DNA of 32,000 nt from Flavobacteriaceae bacterium (lineage in GTDB: Bacteria; Bacteroidota; Bacteroidia; Flavobacteriales; Flavobacteriaceae): assembly GCA_965224465.1 (NCBI GenBank), contig OZ245049.1:4470001-4502000 (forward strand). The letters run 5' to 3'. Made by a program: the position numbers and the translations under genes. Positions 1-7,213 of the stretch are shown here, piece by piece. The notes beneath the pieces are model-generated. The model ran no database searches, was not told where the DNA came from, and saw only the letters and a program-made list of their open reading frames with translations. Each line of letters begins with the position of its first letter. Within the stretch, counting starts at the first letter, position 1.

Positions 1-267
1 TCTAAGCAAATAAAAAATCAACTCCTAGATTTAGAATTTTTAAATAATGATTTAGAAGTAGAAGAAGTTATTATAAAAATTAATAAGGTACTACAAGAAT
101 TCAATATTTTACTAATTATTATTGATATAGATAGTGATAGTTATCTTTTAAATAGGATCGAATTTGATAAAAAAGAAAGAGTTTTAGAGTTAGTTTCCTT
201 TTTAGGTTACGGTAAAATTAAGATATATCGTAACAAAAAGAAGAGCCGTTTTTTATTAGACGAATAA
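1..267 (+). CDS. 3' end of an immunity-like gene whose 5' end lies upstream of the window; near-identical paralogue of the last 88 codons of ORF 3147..3701
   Basis: Frame 1 reads SKQIKNQLLDLEF...KKKSRFLLDE then TAA at 265-267. DNA 1-267 equals 3435-3701 except one synonymous mismatch (63 vs 3497). Confidence 0.6.
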   Translation, partial: SKQIKNQLLDLEFLNNDLEVEEVIIKINKVLQEFNILLIIIDIDSDSYLLNRIEFDKKERVLELVSFLGYGKIKIYRNKKKSRFLLDE

Positions 268-327
268 CGGATTACAAGCAGTTCTTTGAAATACAGAAGT
301 AAATACCCTTTATGATTATAGCCAAGA
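1..327 (+). repeat. Left copy of a direct repeat of at least 327 bp (partner 3435..3761); probably continues upstream of the window
   Basis: By-eye alignment at offset 3434 gives 326/327 identical bases. Identity ends at 328/3762, just after ...tatagccaaga. Confidence 0.9.
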
Positions 328-405
328 TAGTGACGAAGAAGCATTGTTTAAAGGTGTAGCCTTAGGTTTTTTGTTTTTAGGAGCTGGGAAAGTTGTTGAG
401 AAAGG
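285..405 (+). repeat. Cassette-junction homology block, copy A (5' end of orphan toxin module)
   Basis: 121 bp matches 1765..1885 with one mismatch (385). After an in-frame TGA (287-289) it encodes NTEVNTLYDYSQDSDEEALFKGVALGFLFLGAGKVVEKG. Confidence 0.9.
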
Positions 406-838
406 GTTTAGGGCACTTAAAAACAGTAAAGCCATTGTCGAAGTAACAGAACAGGTTACTAAGAAAATAAGTAAAAGGCTACAGTTTTTAGGAAGAACAC
501 CTGGGAAATCCTCTAAAACAGGCAGAGAAGTTTTTGAAAGAATGTTAAACGGAAAACCTCCTACTGCAAGACTTGAGGACGATTTTGGAAATGTAACTAA
601 AGAGTTTTGGGATTCTGATAATAAGGTATGGAGGGATGTTATGGAAGCAGATATGGGGCATATTGAGGATGCCGTTTCGTATTGGAATAACACAGGAAGA
701 TACCTAGGGGCAAAATCTACAGAGGTACGTAAGTGGATGTTGGATTCAGATAATTATGTTTATGAGTATTTTAGAACGAATAGATCAAAAGGCGCAATAT
801 TAGGAAAAACAACAACTTATTTACCTCCAATTAATTAA
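344..838 (+). CDS. Orphan polymorphic-toxin C-terminal module, HNH/EndoVII-fold nuclease (GH-E-like)
   Basis: The frame is open from 290 with no in-frame ATG; the track start at 344 is TTG. The conserved junction is followed by GRTPGKSSKTGREVFERM ... DMGHIEDAVSYWNNTG ... NYVYEYFRTNRSKG, which fits my recollection of the GH-E family (PF14410) G-H...E...N pattern. Confidence 0.6.
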   Translation: MFKGVALGFLFLGAGKVVEKGFRALKNSKAIVEVTEQVTKKISKRLQFLGRTPGKSSKTGREVFERMLNGKPPTARLEDDFGNVTKEFWDSDNKVWRDVMEADMGHIEDAVSYWNNTGRYLGAKSTEVRKWMLDSDNYVYEYFRTNRSKGAILGKTTTYLPPIN

Positions 839-854
839 TAAGAAAAAACAAAAA

Positions 855-1295
855 ATGGCAATATTAGAAGCAATTATTTATGATGAGATTATAGTAATAG
901 GAAAAAAATCTGTAGAATCAATAAAAAAAGGAGATTTAAATAACTTCATTAAGTTTTCGGAATTAGCTTGGAATAAGTTTCCTGAGCCAAAAGAAAACTG
1001 GAATCAAACGTATAATTTTTGTAAAATGGTTTTTAAGCACTTGATAAATAGCAGTTTACTGTGTCAAGCTGAGGAGTGGCTAAACAGAATGGTTCTAAAT
1101 AACAACAAATTACACCTTTTTGATGTAGATATAGATTTCAATATTGGGAAATTGCATTTTGAAATGAAAGATTATACTAGAGCATTGGAAAAATGGAATT
1201 ATGTAGTAAAAGAAGCTGGTTATAGATATTTTGAAAGAGAAAATTCAAAATACAAAGATTTTTATCTAAATCCTGAAAAATACACAAATGAATGA
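855..1295 (+). CDS. Immunity-like protein, helical/TPR-like, paralogue of the next ORF
   Basis: Lies 17 bp after the toxin stop. Shares a motif pattern with ORF 1288..1746 (AWNKFPEPKENW vs ALNLLPIPKTNW; C-terminal GYRYFERENSKYKDFY vs GEDIFKDEDPKFRKSI). Confidence 0.5.
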   Translation: MAILEAIIYDEIIVIGKKSVESIKKGDLNNFIKFSELAWNKFPEPKENWNQTYNFCKMVFKHLINSSLLCQAEEWLNRMVLNNNKLHLFDVDIDFNIGKLHFEMKDYTRALEKWNYVVKEAGYRYFERENSKYKDFYLNPEKYTNE

Positions 1296-1746
1296 ATTAA
1301 ATAACGGTCTTTATTTAACAGTAGAAGAACTTAGCGAAGAAGGCAATGACTTATTCGAAAAAGAGCAATTTTTAGATGCCTTAAAGAAATATGAACAAGC
1401 ATTAAATTTACTTCCTATTCCAAAAACAAACTGGGAAGCAAGCACATGGCTTTATACGAGCATAGCAGATGTGTATTTTTCAATTAATGATTTAGAAATA
1501 GCCAAAAACAATTATTACAATGCTCTTAATTGCCCAGAAGGTATGGGCAACGCATATATTCATTTTAGTTTAGGTCAAGTTTTATTTCTACTAGGAGAGA
1601 TTGATAAGTCCAGACAATCATTATTGCGTAGCTATATGTTAGAAGGGGAGGATATATTTAAAGATGAAGACCCAAAATTTAGAAAAAGTATTGAAAATTA
1701 TTTAAAACCTCCGCCAAAAAAATCACGTTTTTTATTAGATGATTAA
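1288..1746 (+). CDS. Immunity-like TPR-type protein ending in KKSRFLLDD
   Basis: Overlaps the previous ORF by 8 bp. TPR-like helices (FLDALKKYEQALNLLP, LEIAKNNYYNALNC). The C-terminal tail is shared with ORF 3147..3701. Confidence 0.5.
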   Translation: MNELNNGLYLTVEELSEEGNDLFEKEQFLDALKKYEQALNLLPIPKTNWEASTWLYTSIADVYFSINDLEIAKNNYYNALNCPEGMGNAYIHFSLGQVLFLLGEIDKSRQSLLRSYMLEGEDIFKDEDPKFRKSIENYLKPPPKKSRFLLDD

Positions 1747-1764
1747 TTAAGGTAGTATAGTATT

Positions 1765-1885
1765 TTTGAAATACAGAAGTAAATACCCTTTATGATTATA
1801 GCCAAGATAGTGACGAAGAAGCATTGTTTAAAGGTGTAGCCTTAGGTTTTTTGTTTTTAGGAGCAGGGAAAGTTGTTGAGAAAGG
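1765..1885 (+). repeat. Cassette-junction homology block, copy B
   Basis: 120/121 identical to 285..405. Preceded by in-frame TGA at 1767-1769. Confidence 0.9.
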
Positions 1886-2381
1886 ACTTAAATCATTAAA
1901 ATTTACAGATCAAGTTCTTGATGTTGCTAATGCGACAAACAAACAAAAAGGTAATTTTGGAGAGATAAAAGCAGCTGCTAACCTGTCAAAAAATAAGAAG
2001 TTAAAAAGTGCAGGGTATGACCTGACAAGAATTGGTGATAAAGCCCCAACAGGATTTAATAATACCATTAAAAAAGGAATTGACGGTTTGTATGAAAACG
2101 CAACTCCACCACCCAAGTTTGTAATAGATGAAGCTAAGTTTAATACCGCTCAACTTGGTAAAACCAAAGATGGCAAGCAGATGAGTGATGGATGGTTGTT
2201 AGGAGAAAAAACAGGAAATAATAGGCTAATAGATCAAGTAGGTGATGTAAAAGCTGATGAAATAATGGAAGCACTAGAAAATGGAGAAGTGGAAAAAATT
2301 ATAAGCCGTGTTGACGTAAATGGGAATGTAGTTAGTAAACAATTAAATAGTGCAGGTAATATTATAGGTAATTGGCCATAA
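1824..2381 (+). CDS. Orphan polymorphic-toxin C-terminal module, restriction-endonuclease-fold (PD-(D/E)xK) nuclease, PoNe/Tox-REase-like
   Basis: The frame is open from 1770 with no ATG. After the junction come GNFGEIKA ... GIDGLY ... FVIDEAKF (an E...D...ExK arrangement) and then QLGKTKDGKQMSDGWL. Confidence 0.6.
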   Translation: MFKGVALGFLFLGAGKVVEKGLKSLKFTDQVLDVANATNKQKGNFGEIKAAANLSKNKKLKSAGYDLTRIGDKAPTGFNNTIKKGIDGLYENATPPPKFVIDEAKFNTAQLGKTKDGKQMSDGWLLGEKTGNNRLIDQVGDVKADEIMEALENGEVEKIISRVDVNGNVVSKQLNSAGNIIGNWP

Positions 2382-2394
2382 CTAATATATAAAT

Positions 2395-3141
2395 ATGAAA
2401 TTAAGAGATGTATTAAATACAGAAGAAGGATATCAAGAAATAATAGATAAAAAAGATCGATTTATTAATTCTAGGTTTGATAAAATAAAAAAACTAAAAA
2501 AAGATGAAATTGATGGGATTCAACAATATCCTAAGCCTAATTATGACATTATTATAAGTTCCAAAAAAAGCATTCTAACTTTTTATCGTGAAATACTTGA
2601 GACTAAATATTCAGTAGGAGAAGAATTGTCTGTAATTAAACAGTATTATTTAGATGTTATTAACTTTATAAATGATTCTAAAACTCATTCAGGTTATGCA
2701 AATATTTTAAGATTAATTTCTATGGGGATTATGTTTGAAATAAATGAAGATGAGTTTAAGATACTAATTGAATTAGTAGAGAGGTATTTAAAGAAAACAA
2801 AAGATGAAGATTTTTTAATTGATTTTTTAATTAATTTCTATAAACCGGATTGGATACAATCCAATACTTTTTTAATAAATATACCTTATAAAAACATTAA
2901 TGGTATTATAGAATTATCAAAAAAGAGTAAGATAGAAGCATCAGTGAAATTAAATACATATATATCAAAATGTTGGTACAGAGGTATTATTGAAGTCGAA
3001 ACTCATAAAAGCAAGTGGAATATTCATACAGGTTATTGGAGTTGGGAAGCAGGTGCAATAGCAAAAATCCTAAATTTAGATGATAGTAGTTTAAAAGATC
3101 AACAATACTACCCTTATGATATGGTACATTTTAAAGATTAA
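2395..3141 (+). CDS. Immunity protein, PoNi/DUF1911-like
   Basis: Lies 13 bp after the toxin stop. The C-terminal GYWSWEAGAIAKILNLDDSSLKDQQYYPYD resembles the conserved DUF1910/DUF1911 (PoNi) C-terminus as I recall it. Confidence 0.5.
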   Translation: MKLRDVLNTEEGYQEIIDKKDRFINSRFDKIKKLKKDEIDGIQQYPKPNYDIIISSKKSILTFYREILETKYSVGEELSVIKQYYLDVINFINDSKTHSGYANILRLISMGIMFEINEDEFKILIELVERYLKKTKDEDFLIDFLINFYKPDWIQSNTFLINIPYKNINGIIELSKKSKIEASVKLNTYISKCWYRGIIEVETHKSKWNIHTGYWSWEAGAIAKILNLDDSSLKDQQYYPYDMVHFKD

Positions 3142-3146
3142 TAATA

Positions 3147-3701
3147 ATGTGTTACATTTTAGAACTATCTTATTTATTAGTGAATAAGGATCAGAAAGAT
3201 CAAATAAACATTCAAAAAGAAGTAAAACTATCTGTCAATAAACCTAAAGAATACTTTTCCTTATTTGCAAGTGATTTAGCAGAAAGAGGTATTGAGAAGC
3301 CAATTGTTGAATTGCCTTGGTTTGCAATGATTAATGGATTGTATCGTGAGGGGTTTCTACAAGAATTAGATTGGAAATCTTATCCTGAAGATTTTGTAGA
3401 AGCGACTTTAGCGTTAATTAAATGTCATTCAAATTCTAAGCAAATAAAAAATCAACTCCTAGATTTAGAATTTTTAAATAATGATTTAGAAGTAGAGGAA
3501 GTTATTATAAAAATTAATAAGGTACTACAAGAATTCAATATTTTACTAATTATTATTGATATAGATAGTGATAGTTATCTTTTAAATAGGATCGAATTTG
3601 ATAAAAAAGAAAGAGTTTTAGAGTTAGTTTCCTTTTTAGGTTACGGTAAAATTAAGATATATCGTAACAAAAAGAAGAGCCGTTTTTTATTAGACGAATA
3701 A
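3147..3701 (+). CDS. Second immunity-like protein of cassette B; C-terminal half duplicated at 1..267
   Basis: 184-aa ORF 5 bp after the previous stop, ending KKKSRFLLDE. No family recognised with confidence. Confidence 0.45.
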   Translation: MCYILELSYLLVNKDQKDQINIQKEVKLSVNKPKEYFSLFASDLAERGIEKPIVELPWFAMINGLYREGFLQELDWKSYPEDFVEATLALIKCHSNSKQIKNQLLDLEFLNNDLEVEEVIIKINKVLQEFNILLIIIDIDSDSYLLNRIEFDKKERVLELVSFLGYGKIKIYRNKKKSRFLLDE

Positions 3702-3761
3702 CGGATTACAAGCAGTTCTTTGAAATACAGAAGTAAATACCCTTTATGATTATAGCCAAGA
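3435..3761 (+). repeat. Right copy of the 327-bp direct repeat
   Basis: See 1..327. Confidence 0.9.
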
Positions 3762-3795
3762 CGACAAGACTAATAAATACATTTCGGTTGTGTAA
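3724..3795 (+). pseudogene. Truncated third junction copy: toxin-less stub marking the end of the array
   Basis: After TGA (3721-3723) it reads NTEVNTLYDYSQD, then diverges to DKTNKYISVV-stop. Only 43 bp (3719-3761) of the junction block is retained. Confidence 0.6.
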
Positions 3796-3820
3796 TTTAA
3801 ACTCTGTCTGCTTGTTTTTT

Positions 3821-3924
3821 TAGCTAGACGAAAAATGGATGGATAGCCCTGCTATCGTTCTGTTTTTCAACAACGCTAGTACATAAAATAAACTATTTAT
3901 ATCGGTTATTTTGGATTGTAATGG
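3821..3924 (+). repeat. Intergenic repeat family, copy 1 (contains an imperfect 18-bp-arm hairpin at 3830-3868)
   Basis: tagctagacgaaaaatggatggatagc-cct-gctatcgttctgtttttcaacaacgctag...ttttggattgtaatgg. The same element occurs at 16215, 26203 and 26314, all in the same orientation. Confidence 0.85.
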
Positions 3925-3969
3925 GGCTTACTTTATGAATCTCTTTGGTTTTATTCTTATCGTCCATAC

Positions 3970-6900
3970 TTAAGCAATTACGCTATGCTTCTTGAAATGC
4001 TCCGCCTGTTCAAAAATTTCTCGGTATACTTCATCTCTATCTACAGGAGGATAGCCATTTTCTCCTAAGAGAAGAATAAGATCCACTTTTAGTGCTGCTT
4101 TGATGTCGGCTCTATTGTTCCAATCGGTGTATTGGGCTTTATCGTCTACCACTTTTTTTACATGCCTGGCTAGTACTATTAATTTATCTTCAGGATAATC
4201 AAAATCATATTTATGAGCTAACTGTTTTAGAATGTCGTAAAAGGCTTTCTCTTCAAAATCAATTCCTAATTCGTCTCCTGCTACAAAAGCTTGTTTGATT
4301 TGTAGTACTAAGGTGGTTAGACTTTCTGCCATATCTTCATACACCTCCGAATTTAAAATATCTGAATCCTTACGTTCGTTGTATTTTTCTACCAAACTTT
4401 GGAATTGTTTTGTGAAATCTACTCCCTGCATTTTGTTTACACTTTTAATGTCTGCAATTGCTTTGAGTAGCAGTTGCTGTAGGAGTTTGATTTTTGTATT
4501 TGGTAGTTTTATTTTATTAATCTTAGCTAAATAGTCTTCATCAAATATATCAATCTGGGTTTCGTTTTCGTCTCCAAGTTTAAAAATTTCATGTACACCA
4601 TCGCTTTGCAAAGCATCTTTTATCATTTCTCGCACCTTCGCATTCATTTGTGATGAGTCAGGAGCGTTCCCTTTTGTTAGCTTGAATACAATAGATCGTA
4701 CGGCTAAATAATAATGAATATAATCGCGTTGTTCTCCATCAAAGGCTTCGCTTCCTGCACAGATATCATAAGCAGCTTTTAATCGTTTTACGAGGTGCAT
4801 AAATCGCTTTTCAAGTCCCAAGGTAGCCTGTACAAATTCGGCTGATTTATTCAAACACTGTAACTGCTCCAAGGAAGAGCTATTGAAATAATCGGTATTA
4901 TCAAAGGTGTGAAATATCCTACTTAAAATATCCAAGTGATCTTTTACCACCACTACAGACTGTGCAATATCCTCAAAATTTTGTGAATCCGCTTGGTTAT
5001 ACATTGCCAAAGCTAAATTCATAGCCTTTTTAATCCCAATATAATCCACGACCAAGCCTTTATTTTTACCTTTAAACTTTCTATTTACACGAGAAATAGT
5101 TTGAATAAGATTGTGTTTTTGCAAAGGCTTGTAAATATAAATAGTGTCCAAAAACGGTACATCAAAACCAGTCAACCACATATCTACAACAATCGCGATT
5201 TTAAAATTTGATTTTCCTTTTTTAAATTGTTTCGCCAATTCTTTACGATACTCCTTATTCCCTAAGAGCTTGTACATTTCCTTAGGATCATCTTTACCAC
5301 GGGTCATAATCATTTTTACCCGCTCGATTGCCTTGATTTCCTTTTGCTCTTTTTCAGAAAGTGTTACGCCTTCTTCTGCAACCAACACCTCGCCCCATTC
5401 AGGTTTTAAAAGTAGTATTTGTTGATGTAATTCATAACCAATAGTACGATTTGAACATACAAACATTGCCTTTCCTATCACGGTAGCACCTTCGGATACT
5501 CGTTTTACATAATGTTTTACAAAGTCACTAGCAATAGATTTTACCACATCAGGATCGCCCAAAATGGCGTTCATATTCCCCATGGCTTTTTTACTTTCTT
5601 CTACTTGATAATCACTGGCACCATCTGTTTCGCATTGTTCGTAGTATTGCTCTATCTCAGCAAGCTTACTATTATCCAAAACCACTTTTGCAGCACGTCC
5701 TTCATAGACGATACGAACCGTAATTTCATCCTCTACGGATTCCGTCATAGTATAGGCATCCATAATTTCTCCAAACACATCCAAGGTGGCATCAATAGGT
5801 GTTCCTGTAAACCCAACATAGGTAGCATTAGGTAAAGAATCGTGTAGGTATTTTGCAAAACCATAGGTTTTTTCTATACCGGTGTCTGTTACTTTTATTT
5901 TTTGATCTAAGTTTATTTGACTTCGGTGTGCCTCATCAGAAATACAAATAACATTGTTTCTATCGGTCAGTAATTCTATATCCTCGTTAAACTTGTGAAT
6001 GGTAGTTAGAAAAACTCCTCCAGACTGTCTGCCCTGGAGTAAGTCTCGTAAATGAGAACGACTCTCTACCGAAACAATAGTAGCATCGCCAACATAGCCT
6101 TTGGCATTGGTAAATTCTTCTGACAACTGACTGTCTAAATCCGTTCTGTCAGTAATAAGAATAATGGTAGGACTTTTAAAATAGGTACTACGCATTAACA
6201 AACGTGTTAAAAACAACATAGTAAAACTTTTACCACAACCTGTTGCTCCAAAGTAAGTCCCCCCCTTACCATCACCCTCTGGTTTTTGATGCAACTTTAT
6301 ATTTTTAAATAATTTATTGGCTGCATAAAACTGGGGATAACGACACAGAATTTTAATTTCCTTATTACCCGAATCGGGCATATATATAAAGTGATGGATA
6401 ATTTGCCGTAAACTATCCGTATTCAACATACCTTTTACTAAAGTGAACAGACTTTCAATACCATCTACCTCTTTCTTTTCTTCAAATAACTGCCTGTCGG
6501 ATGCCGACCTCCATGCATAGTAAAACTCAAATGGGGCAAAAAAAGATCCTGCCTTGGTATTTACACCATCAGAAATCACACAAAAGGCATTGTACTTAAA
6601 CAATTCAGGAATATCACGTCGGTAGCGTGTGGTTATCTGTGTATAGGCATCTTGGATGGTTACATTTTCGTTTATAGCCGTTTTAAACTCAAACACCACC
6701 AATGGGATTCCATTAGTATAGATGATACCGTCTGGTATACGCCCTTCTGGATGATGCTGTACAATGTTCAATTGGTTTACAAAGCGATAGGTATTCTTGT
6801 CTTTTTCGCTAAAATCTATCAAGCGAATAAAAACATCTTTTTTGGTATGATCTTCACGCTTCAATACAAAACCATTAGAAATCCAATCCATGAGTTGCTT

Positions 6901-7134
6901 ATTAGAATCGTATAAATCCGAGCTAGGAAGCACTTCTAGTTTTCGAACAATCGATGCTATTTCTGCCTTAGAAAGTTCTACATACTGTGAATGTAAGTAG
7001 TTTTTTAAATCTTCTTTTATCAAGACTTCATCATTCTTTCGATTGATTTCATCTCCTCTTAAGTGTTTAATTCCTTCGGAATCTAACAGGGCTATAAAGG
7101 CATTTTCTAATTGTGCTTCGTTGAATTTGTTCAT
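3970..7134 (-). CDS. hsdR: Type I restriction enzyme, R subunit
   Basis: 1054 aa with helicase motifs GATGCGKSFTM (Walker A), ISDEAHRSQ (DEAH) and QTISRVNR (motif VI). Lies in a locus with hsdM and hsdS. Confidence 0.93.
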   Translation of the reverse strand: MNKFNEAQLENAFIALLDSEGIKHLRGDEINRKNDEVLIKEDLKNYLHSQYVELSKAEIASIVRKLEVLPSSDLYDSNKQLMDWISNGFVLKREDHTKKDVFIRLIDFSEKDKNTYRFVNQLNIVQHHPEGRIPDGIIYTNGIPLVVFEFKTAINENVTIQDAYTQITTRYRRDIPELFKYNAFCVISDGVNTKAGSFFAPFEFYYAWRSASDRQLFEEKKEVDGIESLFTLVKGMLNTDSLRQIIHHFIYMPDSGNKEIKILCRYPQFYAANKLFKNIKLHQKPEGDGKGGTYFGATGCGKSFTMLFLTRLLMRSTYFKSPTIILITDRTDLDSQLSEEFTNAKGYVGDATIVSVESRSHLRDLLQGRQSGGVFLTTIHKFNEDIELLTDRNNVICISDEAHRSQINLDQKIKVTDTGIEKTYGFAKYLHDSLPNATYVGFTGTPIDATLDVFGEIMDAYTMTESVEDEITVRIVYEGRAAKVVLDNSKLAEIEQYYEQCETDGASDYQVEESKKAMGNMNAILGDPDVVKSIASDFVKHYVKRVSEGATVIGKAMFVCSNRTIGYELHQQILLLKPEWGEVLVAEEGVTLSEKEQKEIKAIERVKMIMTRGKDDPKEMYKLLGNKEYRKELAKQFKKGKSNFKIAIVVDMWLTGFDVPFLDTIYIYKPLQKHNLIQTISRVNRKFKGKNKGLVVDYIGIKKAMNLALAMYNQADSQNFEDIAQSVVVVKDHLDILSRIFHTFDNTDYFNSSSLEQLQCLNKSAEFVQATLGLEKRFMHLVKRLKAAYDICAGSEAFDGEQRDYIHYYLAVRSIVFKLTKGNAPDSSQMNAKVREMIKDALQSDGVHEIFKLGDENETQIDIFDEDYLAKINKIKLPNTKIKLLQQLLLKAIADIKSVNKMQGVDFTKQFQSLVEKYNERKDSDILNSEVYEDMAESLTTLVLQIKQAFVAGDELGIDFEEKAFYDILKQLAHKYDFDYPEDKLIVLARHVKKVVDDKAQYTDWNNRADIKAALKVDLILLLGENGYPPVDRDEVYREIFEQAEHFKKHSVIA

Positions 7135-7153
7135 TTTAAGTTAAATTTATTAG

Positions 7154-7213
7154 ACTACTTATTGTACTACCTATTATACCACCTATTGTACTACCTATTA
7201 TACCACCCACTTA
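7154..7213. repeat. Tandem 12-bp repeat, 4 good units plus 1 degenerate, in the spacer upstream of hsdR
   Basis: actacttattgt / actacctattat / accacctattgt / actacctattat / accacccactta. Equivalently, a perfect 24-bp unit twice (7160-7207). Confidence 0.9.

Noticed and set aside
344-346. TTG at 344 (and at 1824) as the genuine start codons of the toxin ORFs
   Set aside because: The reading frames are open for 18 more conserved codons back to an in-frame TGA (287-289 and 1767-1769), and they contain no ATG. The TTG is only the first permissive codon in the track. The conserved upstream codons argue that these are recombination modules rather than independently initiated genes.
4295-6915. + strand ORFs 4295..4534, 5144..5425, 5512..5835 and 6652..6915 inside hsdR
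   Set aside because: They lie entirely antisense to a well-supported 1054-aa helicase-motif gene. Their products are low-complexity and Phe/Ile/Ser-rich, as expected from reverse-strand translation of AT-rich coding DNA.
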